Below are positions 1-12,819 of a DNA stretch of 64,000 nucleotides, in pieces. The DNA comes from Hyaloraphidium curvatum SAG 235-1. Its lineage: Eukaryota > Fungi > Monoblepharomycota. The notes beneath the pieces were generated by a model. It saw nothing but the letters and a program-made list of their open reading frames with translations. It had not been told where the DNA came from and did not search any database. The translations under genes were made by a program, and so were the position numbers. Numbering within the stretch: the stretch's first letter is position 1; every line of letters starts with the position of its first letter. The DNA is taken from contig JAIVFI010000024.1 in assembly GCA_025558095.1 (NCBI GenBank), forward strand, positions 618,030-682,029. The letters are read 5' to 3'.

Positions 1-3000
1 GAAGGCGGCGTCGCAACAGCACGCGCCGGCTTGTACGAGTCCACAATCTGAACCAGTGTCTGCGAGGTCGGTCCTTTGGCTTCCGCCGCCTTGTCGTGCA
101 CAACGTCGTATCCCAGGATGTCGACCAACTGCGGGATCACAGACTGCGCCGCCTTCCGAACGTCCAAGTTCTTGTCCTGAGTGCACATGAGGGCAGGAAG
201 GACGAGGCTGGGGAGCGACGGGACAGCTTCGGCCTTGGCCTTTAGCTCGGGCAGCTTGCCCGCGATCCAAGTAAGCAGGTCCTTCCTCAGCGAAGGGTTG
301 TCGATAGCCAGCCCGCCCTCGCAGGCGGACGTGAGGACCTCGAACGAGGTGGCATTGCAGATCTTGTCCAACGCCGCCGTCGCGCTGGCGCGCACCTGCG
401 GCTTGTTGTCCGTCAAGCACGAACACATCGGCGGAGCCAGGATCTTCGCAGTGCGATCGAATGGTTTCCCCGTTGCAAGAGCAAGATTTCCAACGAGGTC
501 CAGCGTCTGGATGACGAGGTTCTTGTTGCTGTCCGAGAAGCGCTCCTTCAAGGCCGGGACGAGGTCACCTGCAGGAGAGGGTCAGATTGGCAGGAAAAGT
601 CGTCGGCAAGGACAAAACCCACCAAGATTTGGCTTGATCCGGTTGTTGGCGGTCTGGAGCATGCCCGCGACCTTGTCCAAAGCCTCCTTCCGGACCTTCC
701 AGTTGACATCGCCGAGCTCGGCCAACAATTCCTCGGTCACCAAGGTCGAAAGATCCACTCTGGGGAAGAGATCGTCCAGCGCACTGGATCCGGCATCGTC
801 GACCGCTGCAGGGCCCTCCGCGGCACCCTTCTTCGCAAGAAGCTGCGACGAATACACACGTAAGGCGACTGCGAAGGAGGCACAACCGCGTGACGAACCT
901 TTTGGGTTTTGGACGGTTTCGGCGCCGACCTCCCCGAGACCCTGGTCAGCTCCACGTCGATCGAAGATAACAGCGCCGCGCTCATGTCCTGGAACGAGCC
1001 GCGAACATCTGGAGGACTCGTTAGACCGCAGTCTCGAGCATCTCGGCCAGGCGGGTCCTCACCTTGCCCCATGAACGTCGCCAGGGTCCCGATGATGGCC
1101 ACCGCAGCCGTCCGCACCAGCTGGTTGCTGTTGCCGAGTCCGAGCTTGACGCACTCGATCAGGTCGCGGACAACCAGGCCCTCGATTCCAAAGTCGAGCA
1201 GAGCCGAGTTGATCCACATGAGCGCCTCCTGGTACGCCTTTGGCAACTTGATCGCCTTGATTGGCTCGTAGACTGCGCAGAAGGGACACATCAGACTGCC
1301 AATGGCATTCGAGACGAAGTACGGGAACCCACTTTGCGAAAGCACAAACTGCAGCGACGTTCCCTCTGCCACGGCGGTCATGCAGTCGCTCGCCACCTTC
1401 TTCTGCTTCGCGTCGTTGAGCTTTTCTACCAGGCCTGGGAGCACCAGCGACGCTGTCCCCTTGCCGAATCCGGGCGCCCGCGCGAGATGCTGCAGGGCAT
1501 TGATCATGACCGTCAAGACCTGGAAGTTGTTCTCCTTCCAGCTCGGTTTGCGGAGCAAAAGGCGGGCGAGCATCTCCGTGTCGAGCTCGGCGGGGTCCTT
1601 GGCCTTGATCTTCTCGAACCCCGCATTGAGGGCTGCAAAGCCGTCAGGCACCGATTGCCGTCCAACCCGAGGCAGGACGAACCTTCCAGCCGAACCTTCC
1701 AGTTGGTATCCGCGAGGTTCGTGATCGTAGCTGCTTCGAGCAGCTCCGCCGCAGCTTCTTCCGCCGCCTCGTCCGACCACTTGAAGCTGATGGGTGCCTC
1801 CTCCACGACCGCCGCCTTCGGCGCAGTCTTCGGTTTCGCGGGCGCCGCAGCTGCCGATGACGTCGATGCGGTCGCTGGTTTCGCAGGCGCTGGCTTCTTG
1901 ACCTGACGTGCGAGATAAGCCTCGAACCTTTTCCAGGCAGCGACCACGGTCCTCACCGCGGAAGGCTTGAGAACGACGTTCCGGCTCGCCGATCCGTAAG
2001 ATGTCGCTTCCCTAGACGGCGCTCCTCGCGACGGTGCCGCCTTCGAACAACGGCTTTAGCGTGGGTCTCGAAGCAGTAGAGACCACTCACCCCTCCGGAA
2101 CTCGAAGCCTGGGGCGCCGGCGCCGCCCCCGCAGCCTTCACCTCCGCCCGCTCCGCAAACTCCCTGACCTTGGCGTCCCGGATCTTGTCCTCCTTCAGGC
2201 GGTCCATGAAGGCCATCATCGCCCGCTCCCCGACCAGCCTCAGCATGGTGCCCAGCGCCTCTGCCGACACCTCGCGGACCTCGTTGGCGGGGTCCTCGAT
2301 CGTGCGCATGAGCATCTCGCCGAGCGCCTTGATCTCGGCCTTGCCGGGCGGCTTGCGCGCCGTCCGGAGGCACCGCACGAGCCACTTGATCGACTCGCAG
2401 CGGACCTGCGGGGTCTTGTGCGCCGAGGCCGACGCGAGGTCCTCGACGATCTCGGCAAAGGTGACCGAGGCGAAGACGGCGTCCAGGGCCGCGGCGAGGG
2501 CCTCGACGACCGTGGGCTTCTTCTCCTTGAGCTTCTCTAGCATCGGGCCGACCACCGCCGATTTGTAATGCCCAAAAGCGGTGCGCAGGCCCCGCGCCAG
2601 GCGCTCGATGGCGTTGGCCGCCAGCGTGACGACAAACAGGTTCACGTCACCGATGTGCTGGGGTCCGCAAATCAGCAGGCCATGCGAAGAACAACAACGC
2701 CTAAACAGACCTTGCCCAGCCCACCGACGAGCTCGTGGTACCTCCCGTCCGCCATCTTGGGCGCCTTGAGCACCTCCAGCAGGCTCTCCATGGCCTCCTT
2801 CCGCTCCTGCCACTTGGGCGATCCGAGCTTGGAGTAGAAGTCGCCAGGGATCTTGTCAAGCACGGCGACCTCCTCGAGCAGGTCGAGCGGGTCGATGGCG
2901 GGCTCTTCGACGACGGCGGCAGGTGCGTCGGCGGGGCCTGAAAGAAACTCGAGTTCAGCACGGGACATATTCAGCGGAAGAAGCAACCAACCGCCTTCCG

Positions 3001-4040
3001 CGCCGGCGCCCTGGGGAGCCAGAGCCTCCCCCTTTGCCTGCTGGCTCCTCAGCAAACGTGTCGCTGCCGCACGGCCGGGCGGCAGGGCGGCGAACGCGTC
3101 CTGGAGCTCCTTGACCTGCACGGGCTTGAGCGACTCCAGGGAGGGGTTGAGTGCGGTTCCCTGCTCGGCGAGTTAGCGGCTGATTAAGACCCTAGGAGGC
3201 GAAATGCTCACGAGCCATCGGTAAAGCTCGACCGTGAGCTTGAATGCCTGTGGGGTACGATCCGATCTCGCAGTGAGTCCCAGCAAACAGGCAGGCTCCC
3301 AGCGATTCCCCACCTCCTCACGCACGAGTTTGTCGTTGTGCCCGAACAACGCCGGCAGCTGCTTCAGCACCGGCTTGACCTCCACGATCTTGGGCCCGAA
3401 CGCCTTCAGCCCCTCGCAGAGGCAGAGTACCGCGCACGCCGCGGTCTTGGGGTTCTTGTTTTCCGAGCCCTTGAGGAGGTCCTCCTGCGTTTCTGCAGGT
3501 TAAAGGAGACCACAAAAGAGCACGAAACGAAGATACCCACGACCATGCCGTCGACGGCCTCGACTTCCAGGTAGAGCAGCACGAGGTCGATGGCCTTTGT
3601 CCGCGTGCCCGTGCGCGGGGACGCGAAGCACTTGTCAATCAGCACGCCGACCACCTCCTTCCGAGTTCTGCAGGAGGAATTGCCGGCCCGGTGAGCCCGC
3701 CGTCTTGGAAGAAACACGCGGGGGAGGTCCCACTTCCCCGTCACCGCTGGGGGCCCAAACTCGAGGAACGACACCGCGGCTGCCAGCCCGGCCTCCTGCG
3801 CCACTGCATTCGCGTCCGCCACTGCCTTGCGCACCGCGTCCGCATGTTTCCTGTACCCGTTTGCGTCGTCCGCGTCCAGCCGCCTGAACGCGTCCGCCAG
3901 CTGCCCGTAGCCCGTGGACCGCGCTCGCCACACCTGCCGCGGGGTCAGCGCCGCGCGCACCGGGCAGCAAGCCGCGGTACCTTGTGGCCCAGCAGCTCGT
4001 CCAGCGGCAGCTTCGAGAAGTCCTCCTGCTCGTCCGCCAT
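1..4040 (-). CDS. STU2: XMAP215/Dis1 (Stu2/Alp14/ch-TOG) microtubule polymerase, multi-exon, runs off the window start
   Basis: ATG at 4040 gives MADEQEDFSKLPLDELLGHK/VWRARS. TOG tubulin-binding loops recur (SPKWQERKEA, DTNWKVRLE, DVNWKVRKEAL, KENNFQV), indicating at least 4 TOG domains split by short introns. Confidence 0.93.
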
Positions 4041-4338
4041 GTTGTCCCTCTGTTCGCTCCACACACCCGCGGATCCGGCTGCCCGGCGGGCGCACGCGGC
4101 GGAGGCGGTTCTGAACTACCGCCGCGCCATGGCCCGGCCCGCGAGCTGCCGGGAGGCTACGAACGGCGAATTCAAAGAGTGGAAATCCTCTTCCGCACGG
4201 CTCGCGGGCGGTCGAGAAGTCGATCAGCTGTCAGCACGAGCACTCTCTCTAACGCCCCGGCGACGGCTCTGCGCCTATTGGCGAGCGGCAAATGATCTAG
4301 AATCTCTTCTGCATTGCCTGCCCGGGCCCTCCGTCGCC

Positions 4339-5266
4339 ATGTCGCGTCTTTCGAACATCGTCGCCCGCATCCGCGACCCCTCCCTCTCCGCGCTCCTCCT
4401 CTCGATCCTCGGCCTGGCGCTCGCGCTGGCCACCTGGGACGTGTTCTGGAAGTCGTTCGAGAAGGACAACCGCTCCCTGTTCACCTTTGGCGCCGCCCTG
4501 GTTCTGCTCGTGGTCTCCGTGTTCCTCATCGTGCTCTCGAGGCTCGTCTCGGCGCGGAGCGCGCTCGCGGACATTCCAAAGGTGTACATTCCCATCAACC
4601 GCACGGATCTGTCCAAGGTTGGACGCGTCGTGGGCACGGACGGCTCGCGGAGGGCTGACCCGCGGAGCAGAAGCAGTACGAGATGATCTCGGAGGGCCTT
4701 GCGTTCACCGAGAGCGTGCGGGCGCGGATCAAGCCTCTTCCGCAGGACATTCCCGATCGCGGCTGGGGGAGGAAAGGTTCACAGTACTCTTTCCGCGCCG
4801 TGCGGTCTTTCTGACCCTTTCCTGCTTTGGACAGGCACTTCCTTCGAGGGCGTCTTTTTCGAAACCGCCTGCGCTGCGACCCTCGAAACCATCTCGCAGC
4901 ACGCGGCGTCGATTGATCCGGACCTCGCGCTCGGAGACCGGCCGATCTCGGCGAGGGACTACATCGAGGAGCTCGTCGCCGGGTACGTTCTCACTCGACT
5001 CTTTCGAGGAACCTTGAGCTCATGTTGTCGCGACCAAAGGGGCATCCTGGACGAGGAGCCGGCCATGTATTACATCGATCTCTACGAGAAGGCGAGGTGG
5101 AGCGGGGAGGAGGTGCTCGAGAAGGACTACGTCGAGGTGCGCGCGGAGCCGGATTGTGCCACCCCGTGGGACGCGCGTTGACGACTAGCTTTCCGCCGCA
5201 CAGATGCTCAAGGTCGTGGTTTTGCTTTGCTCGGGGAAGAAGGAGGACGGCGAGGACCCGGATTGA
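4339..5266 (+). CDS. DLT1: Dlt1-like (defect at low temperature) two-TM membrane protein, multi-exon
   Basis: Two N-terminal TM helices are followed by SRLVSARSALADIPKVYIPINRTDL, matching the Dlt1 motif. A C-terminal YIDLYEKARWSG follows, and the spliced last exon ends in TGA at 5264-5266. Confidence 0.65.
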
Positions 5267-5419
5267 GCCTGGTCATGGGCGGGGAAACAGTGGACTCGGT
5301 TTGGCTTTGCTTCACGGCTGTGAACGGCTCGAACTGCCGCAAGCTTGGCTGGACAGGATACGGGACTGCCAAAGCAGGTACCAACGGATCTTTGCCACTC
5401 GAAAGAACGCTGACACTTC

Positions 5420-6619
5420 CTATTCGACGTCCTCCTCGTCGGGCACAGTGTTCGTGTTCACCCGCTCGCTGGGCAGCCGCTCGAAGAACTCCTTCCACTC
5501 CGCGCGCTTGGCGATCTCGTTGACGACTGCCAGCTGATCTCGGGGCTGCACAACCGAGGTCCTGGGATTCCCGCCGTTCGCCTTGTTCCAATCCTGTGCC
5601 GCTTTGTAGAGCCGGGGCGCCGACGCCTTGGCCCATTTTAGCGACCGTTTCCTTGAGATCGGTGCGTCGGCGAACAGCGCGTTGAAGTACTTGCGAAGGA
5701 GGAGACGGGGTCCCATTGCTTTCGTGTAGGGCGGCAGCCCCGCACCTTCCCCTCCTTCTTCCTCCGATTCCTCCTCCTCCTCGGATTCCTCCTCCTCGCT
5801 CTCGGACGGCTGTGCTTCGTCGGCAAAGAGCTCGGGCTTCTTCTCGCGCACGAACTTGACGAAGCCGTCGGAGCAACCCGGGCGGATGTAGTCGTCGGTG
5901 TAGTTCCTGAATTGATCGTTAGTCAAATCCCCCGACAAGATCGTCATCGATGCCTACTTCTTGCGGTTGAACTCGCTCGCAAGCTTGCTCATCTCGTCGT
6001 CGATCTCGGGGTCGTTCGCCGGGTCCAGCATCCGCAGCTTCTCGGCCTTGACGGCGGACGAGCTCCACCTGGCGCGGCTGATCGACCGAGCTAGGGCCGA
6101 GACCGCGGAGCTTCGGGGGCTCGGAACGGCGGAAGTGCCACCGTAACGGCGGCGAACCTTAAAGGAACGACACGTCAGTGATCACCCGCCGCGTGATCGA
6201 CGGAGGAACCGACCCGAGGCTCTTCCTCCGACGAGGAGCTATCCGAATCCGAGTTTTCTACCGGCGTGGAAGAATGCTTCTTGCTCGCTGCTTTTTTCGA
6301 CGGAGCTTGGGCCGGCGCATGTCTCTTCGCCGGACCAGTCGGCCCGGTCTTCGCCGGCGCCACCTTCTGAGCGCATTCACCGCCGTCAGCGGCAAGCTCA
6401 GAGCCGCAACGTTGCCATGCGAACCTTGTCCGGTCTTTCCTGTCCACCGTCCGCAGGGGCCTCCCTCTTCCTCCCCTTGTCCCCCTCCCATTCGCTCAGC
6501 CTCAGCACCCCTTCGATGAGCCGGCCCTGGGTCTCGGCGGGCAATTGCAAGAGGTTGCCAGCGCTGAGGTAGTTGACAAAGGAGGCGAGGTCGACGACAG
6601 GAGCCTGCTTTGGAGGCAT
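5420..6619 (-). CDS. Hypothetical protein with acidic tract, multi-exon
   Basis: ATG at 6619 (MPPKQAPVVDL). Three GT-AG introns with CTRAC branch sites join the ORFs to 5420..5947. No recognisable domain. Confidence 0.5.
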
Positions 6620-6877
6620 CGTTGCGGATTGTGCGGCTTGTGTTTGATGCGATTTTCGGATTCGAGGATTCGCGACGGACGGGGAAACTGGCCGGAAAAG
6701 AGAGAAACGTGGAAGCACAAAGTCACAAAGGAAAATGCTCAAGCAGATGCCATACTGGGCACATCTCCTTCATGAACAGCACTGTCTACAGATTCTGGTG
6801 TCGCTAGCTTTCTCTCCGTTGGTTCGACCGTCTCACTTCGAAAGCCACCATTCGCCGTGTCCGCACCGCCCGACCAA

Positions 6878-7906
6878 TCACCGCACGCGACACCCGCCGT
6901 GGTCGATCCGAGCCTTCCGAAGCAGCTGAACGAGCAGCTTCCGACCGATCCGTCTGACTGCCTCGCGCGCGTCCTCGTCGCCTTGGGCGGCCGACTTGTG
7001 ATACCATGCGAGCGCCTCGGTCAGATCCTTCTCGACACCCCTGCCCTTCGCGTAGCAGCGCGCGAGATTGTACTGGCCAGCCGGGCATCCTTTCTCTGCC
7101 GCACAGCGGAACCATCGGGCAGCTTCCGAGTGGTCCACGGAGACGCCCGTGCCGTTTTTGTAGCACCTCCCGAGATTGTTCTCGGCGTCCATCAAACCCT
7201 GATCCGCCGCCTTGCGGTACCAGGCCACCGCCTCCGCACCGCTCTGTTCAACGCCAGCACCATCTTCATAGCACATTCCCAGGATGTTCTGAGCGTAGCT
7301 GAGTCCCTGATCCGCGGCCAAGCGGTACCGCTGAGCAGCTTCTTCAGCATCCGCCGCGACGCCTCGTCCGTTTGCAAAGCAGAGCCCGAGATTGACCTGA
7401 GAGTAGGCATATCCTTGATCAGCACTCAGGCGGTAGAGCCGCACGGCTTCGGATAAATCCTGAGGCACGCCGTGACCGCTTTCGTAGAGTTCGCCTAGAG
7501 CTCGTTGGGCCCTCGGGAAGCCGTCACCTGCCGACTTGCGGTACCACTTGGCGGCTTCCGCGTAGTCCTGAGCGAAACCCCTCTCGCCGTAGCGGAAGCG
7601 CTCTCCCTAGTAGTACTGAGCCTTCAAATAGCCGTCCGCCGCGGCCTCGAGGAAGCATCGATGGGCTTGATCGTAGTTGACGAGGTACTCATATACCCGA
7701 GCTAGCTCGAACTTGGCTTGCGCGACTCCTTGCTTCGCAGCACTCTGAAGCCAGCGCACAGCTTCTTCGCTGCTATCCTCCGCACCGCCGATGGCCCAGT
7801 GGTATCGCCATCCGAGCTCCAGTTGTGCATGCGCCTCCCCGTTCTCCGCACGCGTCAGGACCTCGGAAAAAGGCAATTCAGACCATTCCGGCAGGCCGGG
7901 AGCCAT
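6878..7906 (-). pseudogene. Sel1-repeat protein with one in-frame TAG (7607-7609)
   Basis: ORFs 7607..7906 and 6878..7468 share a frame. The intervening sequence reads AQYY*GERFRYGERGFAQDYAEAAKWYRKSA, an otherwise intact Sel1 repeat. Confidence 0.85.
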
Positions 7907-8079
7907 CGCAGTCCTTTCAAATTCAGCCGCAAGTGGTCGAATGCAGCGGCAGAGAAGGATTTGGGGCGCTGGAACGCGCTGACCGAGGAGGCGTTGGATG
8001 AGTTTCGGCGCGGGGCGCCCACCCGCCGCGACAACACTTCACGCAGCTCCTGCACGGCACATATCCCCACAGTCGCGCT

Positions 8080-9903
8080 ATGCGCTTCGACATAGGACAG
8101 CTCAATGCGCCCTCGGGCTTTTCGCTGGAGCGCGACGGACGATTCCTCACGCTGCGGGCCGGAAACGCGCTCTCCGGCATCGCGACCGGCCGTTTCGCGT
8201 CCCCCGCCGCGTCCGTCGCGATCCGCTTCGACGCGCCCGACGTCGAATATCTCGGATTCGCCTTCACGCAGTTCGCGCTGCCGGTCGTCGCGGGCCCCGC
8301 GCTGGACTTCAACTTCAGGCCCGCGCACAACCTCAGCTCGCCGTCCTGCGTCGGCATTCTTCTCGCACGCGGAGGAGGCAAAACCGTGCTCGTTGCGCCG
8401 GTTACGAGCCCCCACGAGCAGATTGTCGCAGTCGGGAAGGACGGCCTGAGCTGGGGCCTCCACGGCGACCTCGACACCGTTCCGGCCGGCTTCGCCGCGA
8501 CCGTGGGCATCTATGAGGCAAAGGACGCGACGACCGCGCTTGCGGCTTGGGCACAGGATCTGCACCCACTTCCGATCCGGCCCGCGGCGGGGAACCCGAT
8601 CACCTCGCACCTCTCGTACTGGACCGACAACGGCGCCGCGTATTGGTACCGCACCGAGCCGGGCAAGACCATCGGCGGCTCTCTCGCTGATGCCGTCGAA
8701 GCGCTGCGCGCCGCCGGGGTACCCCTGCGCGCCGTGGAGCTCGATTCGTGGGCATACCCGCACGAGGTGCTGCGGCCGATCGCGGAGATTGGCTATCCCG
8801 CCGAAGTGCCGCCGACGGGCATGGCGACGTGGACCCCGCGTGCCGACTCGTACGATGCCGGGGGATTGGAGGCCCTGGTGGACCGCCTGGGGAGGCCGCC
8901 GATCGTCATCCATTCGCGCCACATCTCGCCCAATTCTCCGTACCTCAAGGAAGGCGAGTGGTGGGTCGACGCCCAGGCCGCCCACCCCACGGACCCTGCC
9001 TTTTTCCGCCGCTGGTTTGACGACGCGGTGCGCTGGGGCCTGTGCGCCATCGAGCAGGACTGGATGCTCATGTACTGGTTCGGGGTCCGCGGGCTTCGCG
9101 AGGCACCAGGTCGGGCGGCAGAATGGCAGCGCGGTCTCGACCGCCACGCCGCCGACACCGGCCTCGGCCTCATCTGGTGCATGGCCACGCCGGCGGACTT
9201 CATCTATGCCTGCTCGCTTCAGCAGGTCGTTGCCATCCGCACCTGCGACGACTACCGCTTCGCCGAGGACCCCGCCTTCCTCTGGATGTGGTACCTGACG
9301 GTGAACCGCCTCGCTTCGACTTTGAACCTCCGCGCCTTCAAGGACGTCTTCTTCTCCGGCCCGCCCGGCGACGACCCCATCGACGGCGACCCGCATGCCG
9401 AGCTCGAAGCCCTGCTCTCGGCGCTCTCCTCGGGCCCCGTCGGCATCGGCGACCGCATCGGCCGCACCGACCCTGCCGTCGTCATGCGGACCTGCGACGC
9501 CGACGGGACCATCCGCCACGTCGATAGGCCTGCGGGCCTGATCGACGCGTGCCTGTTTGGCGCGCCGGCGAGGGGCGAAAAGCTCGCGTGGGCCACCGCC
9601 GTGGCGACGGCCGAGGGCGGCGAGTGGACCTACGTCGTCGCGATCAACGTCGGGAACGAGCGCAGGGAGATCGCCGACGCGCTGCCGCTCGCCGATATCG
9701 GCATCCAGGGGCCGAGATCGGTGCTGGATTGGCGAGCGGGGAAGGAGTCGGCGGCCGACAGGCTCCAGGCCAAGCTGGCGGCGAGGGATTGGAGCTATTG
9801 GGTGGTCGCACCGGCGGGCCGGTCTGCGACCGAGGGGGACACGAGCAAGTACGTCACCGTGCCGACGAGCAAATCGGAGTCGTCGCCTCGGAGTCAGTTG
9901 TAG
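8080..9903 (+). CDS. Intronless bacterial-like glycoside hydrolase (GH36/raffinose-synthase-like), 607 aa
   Basis: Motifs SYWTDNGAAYWY, ELDSWAY, IEQDW, WCMA, IRTCDDY and LSSGPVGIGD. No introns and no signal peptide. Confidence 0.7.
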   Translation: MRFDIGQLNAPSGFSLERDGRFLTLRAGNALSGIATGRFASPAASVAIRFDAPDVEYLGFAFTQFALPVVAGPALDFNFRPAHNLSSPSCVGILLARGGGKTVLVAPVTSPHEQIVAVGKDGLSWGLHGDLDTVPAGFAATVGIYEAKDATTALAAWAQDLHPLPIRPAAGNPITSHLSYWTDNGAAYWYRTEPGKTIGGSLADAVEALRAAGVPLRAVELDSWAYPHEVLRPIAEIGYPAEVPPTGMATWTPRADSYDAGGLEALVDRLGRPPIVIHSRHISPNSPYLKEGEWWVDAQAAHPTDPAFFRRWFDDAVRWGLCAIEQDWMLMYWFGVRGLREAPGRAAEWQRGLDRHAADTGLGLIWCMATPADFIYACSLQQVVAIRTCDDYRFAEDPAFLWMWYLTVNRLASTLNLRAFKDVFFSGPPGDDPIDGDPHAELEALLSALSSGPVGIGDRIGRTDPAVVMRTCDADGTIRHVDRPAGLIDACLFGAPARGEKLAWATAVATAEGGEWTYVVAINVGNERREIADALPLADIGIQGPRSVLDWRAGKESAADRLQAKLAARDWSYWVVAPAGRSATEGDTSKYVTVPTSKSESSPRSQL

Positions 9904-10018
9904 AGTACAGTGTTGTATTTCGACAATTATAGGCCGTCAGCTAGTTTGGCTCCAAGATCCGCGCGGCCGCGAAAAAGAGCCGCTCGGCCTCCGACTCCTC
10001 TATCCCCGCACGCAATTG

Positions 10019-10312
10019 CTAAATCCGTCGGCGGCAACCTGGCTCGTCCCGGCCGCTGTAGGACGCCGTTTTGTCGACTGGCACGCCTTTCCCATCCCCG
10101 TAAGCGACGCCAAGCTTGAAACAAGCATCCAGATGGTCCTGCTTAGCGGCGTTGATGAACCATGTCGTCACGGCCTGGCTCTCGTCCTTCGGGATGCCAT
10201 CGCCGTCCATCATTCGCTTCCCGAGCTCGTACTGCGCCGCCGCTTCCCCGGCCTCCGCGCGCGTGCGGAGGTCCTTCAGTCGCAACCCGAACAGCGGGCG
10301 CTCGTAGCTCAT
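10019..10312 (-). pseudogene. Truncated Sel1-repeat gene
   Basis: RAEAGEAAAQYELG...DACFKLGVAYGDGKGVPVDK, after which similarity is lost at about 1.5 repeats. A retroposon is inserted about 175 bp upstream. Confidence 0.65.
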
Positions 10313-10486
10313 GTCCGCAGGCTCGCAGTTTCCGTTTCCACGAATCCGTGTGCTCCGCCGCCGGTCGGCAGCCCGAGCCTTATCACTGCCCCGGCGTTCT
10401 CAAGTCCGACAGTAGAGACGGCCCCGACCGCGCCCCTTTCCCGGCCGCCCGGCACCGCGCTGCGGATTCCGTGCGTCCCCGTGTGG

Positions 10487-10498
10487 CGCCAGAAGAGT
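10487..10498. repeat. Target-site duplication, copy 1 (CGCCAGAAGAGT)
   Basis: Identical to 12808-12819 and abuts the (CA)n tail. Confidence 0.85.
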
Positions 10499-12807
10499 GT
10501 GTGTAATGAGGAGCTAGCAATCCCACCGTACACTTAGAAATCCCCCTACGCCCCAAGAATCAGCTCCTCATCTACATTCAAACCAAAAGCGACCGGCGCG
10601 GGGGCCGGAGCGTTGACAGCGGCGGCTTCGGTGCACAGCTGAAGCCAGTGTTGGAGTTGGGCCGCGACGCCAAGAGCCCAGGCCACCGCGATCCGTTCGC
10701 GGAAGCGCCGCACAAAACGAGAGTAAAGGCCATCGAGGTCCACGGGCTGCCCATCGCGGCCGACGATCCCGGGATACTGGATGCGCCCCATCTCCGAGGA
10801 GAAGCGCGAGAAAGTGGCAGAGACAGCGCTGTACGAATCAAAAGCAAGCACGATCAGAGGGTAGAAGTTGGCGTTGAAGACGAAACGGGAGTAGTCCTTC
10901 CTGGCGGCCTCGACCCGCCGTTCGACTGCGTGGCCCGGGACCGAGAAGACCAGGCCCGTGTGCAAATGGGCCATAGAGGTGAGGGTCTTGATCTCGAGCA
11001 ACCACCGTTTCCGGGTTTCGCGGTGCGTGATGAGAATGTCGCCAAGGCGGCCAGCATCCGCAGGCGTGGGCGGGGTGACAGTCTCGTAGCCATGCGCAAG
11101 GAGGTTTGGCGGCATGGGGTGCACGCGGAGGAGCGGGATGGAGCGAAGCGCCGCGCGGATGGCCGCGCAAATGTCGTCGTGACCAGGACTGAAGAGATCC
11201 CGGCCATAGCAGCCCGAGAACGCGTGCTCCCCCGTCAGCGACATGGCCGATCGCTTGCAGCCCCGCCGGCAGGGCAAGGAAAGACCAGGGTAGTCGGCCT
11301 CGTGCAGGAGCGGGAGGCAAAGCCGGAAGCGTACAAGTAAGCGGAAAAAGTTGTTGCGAATGTGGTTGGCAAGCAGCGCGGGAGAGGCAGTCAGGAAAGC
11401 CGACAGGCCGTCCTGCGCCTGGACGAGCCGCTTGCGGCGCTCCAGACCAGCGGAAGTGTCGGGTTGCAAGGCAATCAGAGCCGCGAGGCGGCGCTGGTCC
11501 TCGAGACGCGTAAGGTCGCTCTGCAGGCCGTGCCAGACCGGCTGAGCGAAGAAACTGGCGTCCGCAGGGAGCGTACGGCGGGCGGGCGCGGCGCCCACCG
11601 GTTGCCCAGCACGCGCAGCCTCGGCGTACGCTGCGGCCGTGTCATCCTCGACACGCTCAAAGGCGGGGCGGAGGGCCTCGATGACGGGAACCAGTTCCCG
11701 CACGTGCTCCACGCCCACACCCCGGGCCGAGGTTCGAAGACCAAGCATGGCGTCCAAGGGGCCCGCCGTGAGGTTGAGTGAAGACAGGTAAGCCGCCGAG
11801 GCCACCTTCTCCGATGACAGAAGCCCCATCCCCGAGTAGTGCAGACCCAAGAATACCTGCTCCCGCACAGTCCGACCCTCCACCGACAGCGGATCCAGAT
11901 CCTCGGCCCGATCTCCCAGCAAGCGCAAGAAGGTGGTGAAAAGCGCGTTGTCAAGACGTCGAGCAAAGGGTTGGGTAACCGAGGGGGGGAGAATGCGGAG
12001 CCAAAACGAGAAGAGCTGGGTCACACAGAGACGGAGGAGGGAGTACAGGCCCTGGAGGGAGGGGATGTCGGCCGGCATGGCGTAGCCGAGCGCGGCGCGC
12101 TCGATTTCATCGAGAAGAGCGGCAATGGAGTCGATCTTGGCCGCGAGGAACGACTCCACATAGGCAGGGGTGCCGACCGGGGCACCTACCACCTTGAGGC
12201 CGCACGAGCGAGCGAAGTCAGGCGAGCCCGGGGCCGACGCCGTGGCATGCACCTCGGGGTCGGCCTCGTGAGGCGGGAAGCCAGCGACGCGGATGTTGTG
12301 GGCCGCACCGGCCGCGCGCACCCGCTCCAGCACGGCCGGGTTCGTCGAGAGCGAAAGCAGGTAGCTCTTGTCCGGGCGGTGGGTCATGCCGAGGGAAGAA
12401 AGGCCGTCACGCACCTCTCCCAGGACGGCCATGACCGAGTCCAGCGGCCCGACCACGGTGAGGTCGTCGAGGTACCCAAGGATGAGGCAGTCGGGGTGCC
12501 CAGAGCGGATGGGCCGCAGCATGCGGCTCATGGCGCAGGAGAAGATGGCAGACGACAGCGGGTCGCCCTGGATGTTGCCCTCGTACATGGTGATCCGGAA
12601 AAGGAGCTCCGCCGAGCGCCGGTCGCGGAAGTAGGCGTGGGAAGGGCGCGAGTAAACGAGGTTGTAGTACGGGATAAGCTGAGGCACCTGGCGGACCACC
12701 TCGCGCGCGAAGAGGCGGCGCAGCGTATTGAAGGCGTTCCTAGAGTCGACCTTCATGACGACGTGGTCGGGGAAGGCCGCCAGCCACGCGTTCACCGCGT
12801 GGGCGGT
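10499..12807 (-). mobile_element. 5'-truncated non-LTR retrotransposon, RT plus restriction-like endonuclease (CRE/Cnl1-like)
   Basis: RT motifs KVDSRNAFNTL, QGDPLS, YLDD and LKVVGAPVG. C-terminal C..C..H..C knuckle, GHDD, and GD...LLEIK. A (CA)n 3' tail, and a direct repeat CGCCAGAAGAGT at 10487-10498 and 12808-12819. Confidence 0.92.
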
Positions 12808-12819
12808 CGCCAGAAGAGT
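12808..12819. repeat. Target-site duplication, copy 2 (CGCCAGAAGAGT)
   Basis: Identical to 10487-10498 and lies where RT similarity begins. Confidence 0.85.

Noticed and set aside
5954-5956. In-frame TAG suggesting readthrough or an alternative genetic code
   Set aside because: It lies in an intron (GTAGGC...CTAAC...CAG, about 5909-5957). TAG and TAA also end many normal genes here, so stop reassignment is unsupported.
7855-9519. Long antisense or alternate-frame ORFs (also 11839-13050, 14455-16305, 29835-31556, 32024-34012, 44662-46671)
   Set aside because: Shadow ORFs of real genes caused by high GC3, with no motifs.
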